From a bacterium (GTDB taxonomy: Bacteria > Bdellovibrionota_B > Oligoflexia > Oligoflexales > RGVZ01), in assembly GCA_037134655.1 (NCBI GenBank), contig JBAXLR010000004.1:1-43517 (forward strand): a DNA stretch of 43,517 nucleotides, written 5' to 3'. Under the pieces are notes generated by a model that was given only the letters and a program-made list of their open reading frames with translations, ran no database searches and had not been told where the DNA came from. This document shows positions 39,038 through 43,517 of this stretch, piece by piece. Within the stretch, counting starts at the first letter, position 1. Each line of letters starts with the position of its first letter. The translations under genes were made by a program, and so were the position numbers.

Positions 39038-40657
39038 TTAACTAGCATTCTGGTTAGGATTCAATAGCATTCGAATGGCCTCAGTGGTTCGCTTTGGCTC
39101 ATTCTTAGCCAGATACATAATCTGCTCCTTTGGCGTAAGCTTTTCGAAAGGGACATCTTCTTTAACTTGAATGCTCGATCCCGTGCCTACATTAAGTTCA
39201 GGACGATATTCCTCAGCGAGGGTTTGCTCTATGCGTCGTTCTGGATCGTAAGACAGCCAGCGGAAATACGGACGAACGATGAACAAGAAGAACATGACCA
39301 ACGCTAAAGCGGCGGCACCAGACAAGGCTAGGGTTGAGACGTACTCGCGGTTCTCTTTCCTTACTTCACTAATGTTTTGAGCTTGTACGTGGTCCATCTG
39401 GAACATCATATTGGTTACGGTGACTTCATCGCGACCTTGTTGGTACCCGATAGCTTTTCGAACGATATCCTCAATTTGCTTCATTTCATCAGCCGTGCGC
39501 GGATCAAAAACTGGCTTTGTTCCATCCAATGGAAACTCTTGTTTTCCATCGATGAGAACGGCAGCACTGATGCGCTTGATATTGCCAACCGGTAGCGTCT
39601 TTTTTGCAACCGTTTTGGACACGTCATAATTAATTAATTCGCTATCTTGCTTGTTTTGCGAACGTGAGCCGCTAGCTTGAACGTTCTCCTGCTCGCCAGG
39701 TACGTTTGATTTGCTTCCCGGAATTCCAGTCGGGTTAAGGCCACTTCCTTCCATCGAGGAGCCCTGGGTATTTTTAGAAACCACCGCCACTTTCTCGGGG
39801 TCCACTTCGCTGATGGTCTGCTCTTCCTGCGTGAAATCGACTGAGACATCAACTTTAGCTTCAACGCGATCGCTTCCCGTGACGCGACCAACAAGGCCTC
39901 TGATTTTGGTCTCAAGGTCCTTTTCAACAGATTGCTTGTAGGATTGCATCTCCTTGGTCATTTTTGAGGCGAAATCATCACTTTCGATTTTAGTCAGCAT
40001 CTGACCTTCGTGATCGATAATTGTCACATTGTTCGGATTTAGTCCCTCGACGGAACGGCATACTAAGTGCTGAATGCCCTTTATCTGGCGATCATTCAGT
40101 TTAGCGTTTCGCTTGGTACGAATGTAGATCGCTGCTGTGGGTTCTTTTTGTTCCGTGACGAATAGACTTTGTTTTGGAGTTACGATGTGAACCCTTGCTG
40201 AAGAAATGCCCTCAATCGAAGTGATTGTACGAGAAATTTCGCCTTGAATAGCCCTTAGTCGGTTAATATTTTGCTCGAATTCAGTCCTAGTGAAATCTTG
40301 GGAATCAAATTTCTCCCAGCCAACGACTCCGTGAGTCGGCAGACCTTCCTGCGCTAGTTGCATACGAAGCTCTGCCGCGCGGGCGGTGGGGACCCGGATG
40401 CCCCTTGAATCGACACCGAAATCACTAACATTCATACGCTTAAACTCATTCAAGATAGCCTGAGTGTCCTCGCTGGAAACATCGGTAAAGATATATTCAT
40501 ATGGGGTTTCGTTTCTAACTAGAAAAACACTCATCAAAACAGCAAAAACCACCGCTAGAACGCCTGCAAGCGTCAGTTTTTTTGTCAGTGTCAGGCTTTG
40601 CCAAATGGTCGCAACCTGGCTGCCAAATTTTTTCAAAAACGTCGAGAAATTATTCAC
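39038..40657 (-). CDS. fliF: Flagellar MS-ring protein FliF
   Basis: Two TM segments, VGWEKFD, RAIQGEISRTI, ARVHIV, GIPGSKSN. Confidence 0.96.
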   Translation of the reverse strand: MNNFSTFLKKFGSQVATIWQSLTLTKKLTLAGVLAVVFAVLMSVFLVRNETPYEYIFTDVSSEDTQAILNEFKRMNVSDFGVDSRGIRVPTARAAELRMQLAQEGLPTHGVVGWEKFDSQDFTRTEFEQNINRLRAIQGEISRTITSIEGISSARVHIVTPKQSLFVTEQKEPTAAIYIRTKRNAKLNDRQIKGIQHLVCRSVEGLNPNNVTIIDHEGQMLTKIESDDFASKMTKEMQSYKQSVEKDLETKIRGLVGRVTGSDRVEAKVDVSVDFTQEEQTISEVDPEKVAVVSKNTQGSSMEGSGLNPTGIPGSKSNVPGEQENVQASGSRSQNKQDSELINYDVSKTVAKKTLPVGNIKRISAAVLIDGKQEFPLDGTKPVFDPRTADEMKQIEDIVRKAIGYQQGRDEVTVTNMMFQMDHVQAQNISEVRKENREYVSTLALSGAAALALVMFFLFIVRPYFRWLSYDPERRIEQTLAEEYRPELNVGTGSSIQVKEDVPFEKLTPKEQIMYLAKNEPKRTTEAIRMLLNPNQNAS

Positions 40658-40699
40658 ACTCAGCTCCCTCAGGCATCAGATTTAGTCTCACGAATTTCT

Positions 40700-41035
40700 T
40701 TAAACTGGCATGCGCATAACCTCTTGGTAGGCTTCTAATGCTCGGTTTCTAAGTTGGACCATCAAGTTGAAGGTTAGCTCGGCTTGGGTCGTGGCAAGCA
40801 TGGTTTCGTGCAGATTTTCGCTCTTGCCGCTCGCCAAATCCATAGCCATAGAGTCAGCCCTTTTTTGCATGTCGTTGACATCAGCCAGGCTTCCCTTCAG
40901 GTGATCCATAAACGAGCTGCCTTCGCCGGCGCCTTCAGCTGGACCAATGTTAACTTTCTTGCGCGTTTCAGCGTTAATCTCACGCATCTGCGCAAGGACT
41001 TCTTGGGCCGCACTTTTTGCTGTTGAGATGCTCAT
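40700..41035 (-). CDS. fliE: Flagellar hook-basal body protein FliE
   Basis: LHETMLA...QLRNRALEAYQEVMRMPV. Confidence 0.96.
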   Translation of the reverse strand: MSISTAKSAAQEVLAQMREINAETRKKVNIGPAEGAGEGSSFMDHLKGSLADVNDMQKRADSMAMDLASGKSENLHETMLATTQAELTFNLMVQLRNRALEAYQEVMRMPV

Positions 41036-41061
41036 GTTAATTCTCCCTTAGCCAAAAGCTC

Positions 41062-41499
41062 TTATCTTCCAATTTCTAGTGACTTGATTGCCATCTGCTT
41101 CGCCTCGTTCACGGCGGTTGCATTCGCCTCGTAAGCTCTCGTAGCGGCAAGCATATTGACCATTTCAGTCATAACTTGAATATTTGGCATCGCAACATAC
41201 CCGTCGGCATTGGCGTCAGCATGGGTTGGATCAAACACCATTCGGGGCTCTTTGGTATCCTCATGGATGTTGGTCACTTGTACTTTGCTAAGCTGTGCAC
41301 CATTGGCGCCATTGAGAAAGTCTTCAAATGCCGAGCCCACAGGTGATGCGCTAAAAACCACGTCTCTTCTGCGGTATGGACCGCCTTCTTCAGTGCGCGT
41401 AGTGTTTGCGTTTGCAAGGTTGGCGCTGAGTGTATTCATGCGCAGCCTGTTGGCACTTAAGCCAGAACTGCTAATGGCCATGGATTTGAAGATACCCAT
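41062..41499 (-). CDS. flgC: Flagellar basal-body rod protein FlgC
   Basis: ANLANANTTRT..GGPYRRR, DPTHADA..GYVAMPN, RAYEAN. Confidence 0.97.
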   Translation of the reverse strand: MGIFKSMAISSSGLSANRLRMNTLSANLANANTTRTEEGGPYRRRDVVFSASPVGSAFEDFLNGANGAQLSKVQVTNIHEDTKEPRMVFDPTHADANADGYVAMPNIQVMTEMVNMLAATRAYEANATAVNEAKQMAIKSLEIGR

Positions 41500-41501
41500 A
41501 A

Positions 41502-41927
41502 TCAGCGACCTCCGTTAATGGCGTATTTCAGAGTGCCGATCTTACGGTTGAGTGTTTCCACGGCAGTGCGAAATAAAATCTGGTTTTCTGCCAATTGTGC
41601 CATCTCAACATCCATATCTACTGTATTGCCATCCTCGTCCACAGATTCAGTTGGTCGCACATAGACGTCCGGTTTGACCGTACCATCGGCGTTAGTGAAG
41701 GCGTTTTTTAGATGGCGTGGGTCTGTTGTTTTAACGCCAACCGTCTGGTTTGACTTGGATAGATCCTGAAGTTGCTTTTCGAAGTCATACCCAAAAGCCC
41801 GGTAACCCGGTGTTTCCGCGTTTGCGATGTTCGACGTGATGACTTCGTTGCGCCTGTTTCTCTGGGACAGAGACTCCATTTGAAGTTTGTCGCTGAAGTT
41901 AAAGATTCCGCCGATCACATTGCTCAT
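41502..41927 (-). CDS. flgB: Flagellar basal-body rod protein FlgB
   Basis: SNIANAETPGY, DGNTVDMDVEM, LAENQ. Confidence 0.96.
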   Translation of the reverse strand: MSNVIGGIFNFSDKLQMESLSQRNRRNEVITSNIANAETPGYRAFGYDFEKQLQDLSKSNQTVGVKTTDPRHLKNAFTNADGTVKPDVYVRPTESVDEDGNTVDMDVEMAQLAENQILFRTAVETLNRKIGTLKYAINGGR

Positions 41928-43015
41928 GATTTCCCTCCGTTTGCGGCCGCGACACTGAGGCCTTGCGCAGTGAATTCGTTGATCTTATTGCGGAGGGTTC
42001 TTAGGGAGATGTCCAGAGTTCGCGCTGCATGGGTTCGGTTTCCGTCGTGGAATTTTAGTGTTTCTAGAATAAATTGAGTCTCTACCTCAGCCAGTGGTTT
42101 TCCAATCGGAAGAGCGGATTTCCAATTGTCGGCACTAACTGCTTGTCCCAATTCAACTGGAATGTCCCGTGCCGTAATAATTGATGAGTTGGCAAGAAGG
42201 GCTGTTCTTTGGATTACGTTATTAAGTTCACGTACGTTTCCCGGCCATCTGTATGACATCAGCTTATTGACGGCGTCTGGAGCGTATGTCATGAGTGGTT
42301 TATTGAATTGGTCGCTGTAAAGCGCTAGGAAATAGTTTGAGAGAAGTTCAATATCCCGAGGTCGGTCGCGCAGTGGCGGAACTTCAATATTAATAACATG
42401 GAGTCTGTAATAAAGGTCTTGGCGGAATTGGCCAGACTCGACCGCTCCGGCAAGATTACGATTTGTCGTGGCGATAATTCGAACGTCAACCGGAACTGGG
42501 CCATTACCGCCCAAGCGCTCAATTTCTCGTTCCTGCAGTACTCGAAGAAGCTTTGCTTGCAATGCTGGTTCCATTTCTGTCACTTCATCGAGAAGCAATG
42601 TTCCACCTTGAGCTTGTTCAAATTTTCCAGCGTGTCGCTGCAATGCGCCAGTGAAGGCACCCTTTTCATACCCAAATAGCTCCGCTTCAAGAAGTGATGG
42701 AGGTAGTGCTGCACAGTTGATGGCTACAAACGTCTTGTCGCGCCGGTTCGAGGCATTGTGGATCGCCTTGGCGATGATTTCCTTGCCGGCCCCACTTTCG
42801 CCGGTAACTAATACAGGGACATTGGCATTTGCAATCTGTTCGATAACGTCCTGGATGCGCAGCATCTTTTCGTCTGAGGCAAGAAAGTACTTTGCGCTGC
42901 CGTTTTTAGCCGATGGAGATTGTTGTGCCGCGTTTTGCGCATATGTCACGTAGTCTTCTCGACTTACTTGTGTCGGCAAGGCTTGGGCGGCATTGTTTGT
43001 GTTCTTCGCGGTCAT
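41924..43015 (-). CDS. Sigma54-dependent transcriptional activator (AAA+ and Fis-type HTH) lacking an N-terminal receiver domain
   Basis: GESGAGKE, GAFTGA, LLDEV, FRQDLYYRL, WPGNVREL, HTH GNRTHAARTLDIS. AGGAG Shine-Dalgarno. Stop overlaps the flgB start. Confidence 0.93.
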   Translation of the reverse strand: MTAKNTNNAAQALPTQVSREDYVTYAQNAAQQSPSAKNGSAKYFLASDEKMLRIQDVIEQIANANVPVLVTGESGAGKEIIAKAIHNASNRRDKTFVAINCAALPPSLLEAELFGYEKGAFTGALQRHAGKFEQAQGGTLLLDEVTEMEPALQAKLLRVLQEREIERLGGNGPVPVDVRIIATTNRNLAGAVESGQFRQDLYYRLHVINIEVPPLRDRPRDIELLSNYFLALYSDQFNKPLMTYAPDAVNKLMSYRWPGNVRELNNVIQRTALLANSSIITARDIPVELGQAVSADNWKSALPIGKPLAEVETQFILETLKFHDGNRTHAARTLDISLRTLRNKINEFTAQGLSVAAANGGKS

Positions 43016-43067
43016 GTTAACTCTCCTAGTTTTGGTTGAAATCCCATTGATTTTTTAGATTTAGATT

Positions 43068-43517
43068 TTAATGCCCCATTTGATTCAGTCGTTCCGTAGC
43101 AAGTTTTGAGTAAAATAAGTTGTTTGGATCACCTTTGGCTTTTTCCAACGCCTTAATAGCGTCATCTTTTTTACCGGCTCGAAACAGGAGGAGCCCGCCC
43201 TTGTAAAGTGACTCTGCTCTTGCGTCATCAAGAGCCGTTACATCACCTATTTGGGTGTAGATTTGACCCGCCTCCAGAAATTCATCTGCTTTACGATGGT
43301 CCTCGGCAAGCTTTGTCATTTCAGCGGCCCACAGCTTGGCAGCGATTTTATCTTGTTCGAGCTGGGTTGGTTTAATGAAGCGCATAAGTTGCATGGCCTC
43401 GCGACGTTCCTTCGGCATTCCAAGTTCTGCAAATTTACGGCCAAGGTCATCTAGTAGTTTTACTGTGGCGCCTGATGGGCTGAAATTGCCCAGCTAATCA
43501 GTATTATTTGTTCCAGG
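43068..43517 (-). CDS. C-terminal part of a TPR protein, truncated by the window edge, with an in-frame TAG at 43494-43496
   Basis: AESLYKGGLLLFRAGKKDDAIKALEKA is a TPR. The coding-like frame continues upstream of ATG 43418 (KLLDDLGRKFAELG). Confidence 0.6.

Noticed and set aside
36330-40657. Non-flagellar type III injectisome interpretation of the fliG-less operon
   Set aside because: flgB, flgC, fliE, a full-length FliF and motAB are flagellum-specific.
43494-43496. Genome-wide amber (TAG) reassignment
   Set aside because: TAG ends nusB, fliI, fliJ, ispA and the AraC gene at normal positions.
1-43517. Many 60-150 aa antisense or nested ORFs in the track; tRNA/rRNA, CRISPR arrays, IS elements and prophage
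   Set aside because: The short ORFs are shadows of well-supported genes. I saw no RNA-gene signatures, spaced repeats, transposases or integrases by eye.

Overview
A gene-dense housekeeping and motility segment of a Gram-negative bacterium. Gene order and protein styles suggest the Bdellovibrionota/Oligoflexia or deltaproteobacterial neighbourhood, which is an inference. Left to right it holds: a partial acyltransferase, an SprT-like/DUF2786 protein and an unusual orphan lipoprotein; a long minus-strand run (acpP, rpiB, glyA, nrdR, ribE, ribB(X), ribH, nusB, hypothetical, sensor kinase, response regulator, dapF); a FadL-like outer-membrane protein and lpxH; a prkA-DUF444-spoVR operon coupled to an unknown outer-membrane protein; prfB with its +1 programmed frameshift; flbD-motA-motB plus a large secreted TPR protein; a cytoplasmic ChaN-like protein; a single-domain AraC regulator behind a near-consensus sigma54 promoter; glpK; fmt-purN-ispA plus two hypotheticals; DUF423; and a flagellar basal-body operon (TPR, REC-less sigma54 activator, flgB, flgC, fliE, fliF, fliH, fliI, fliJ, motE-like) that lacks fliG. 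I saw no RNA genes, CRISPR arrays or mobile elements. The two strongest leads are (1) a lipoprotein with a catalytically dead anthrax-LF/PPEP-like fold joined by an acidic linker to a 93-aa Arg-rich tail with no acidic residues, and (2) an atypical flagellar module: fliG absent from the operon, FliH extended by about 230 aa, a stator-coupled TPR scaffold candidate, a REC-less activator and a sigma54-driven mini-AraC.
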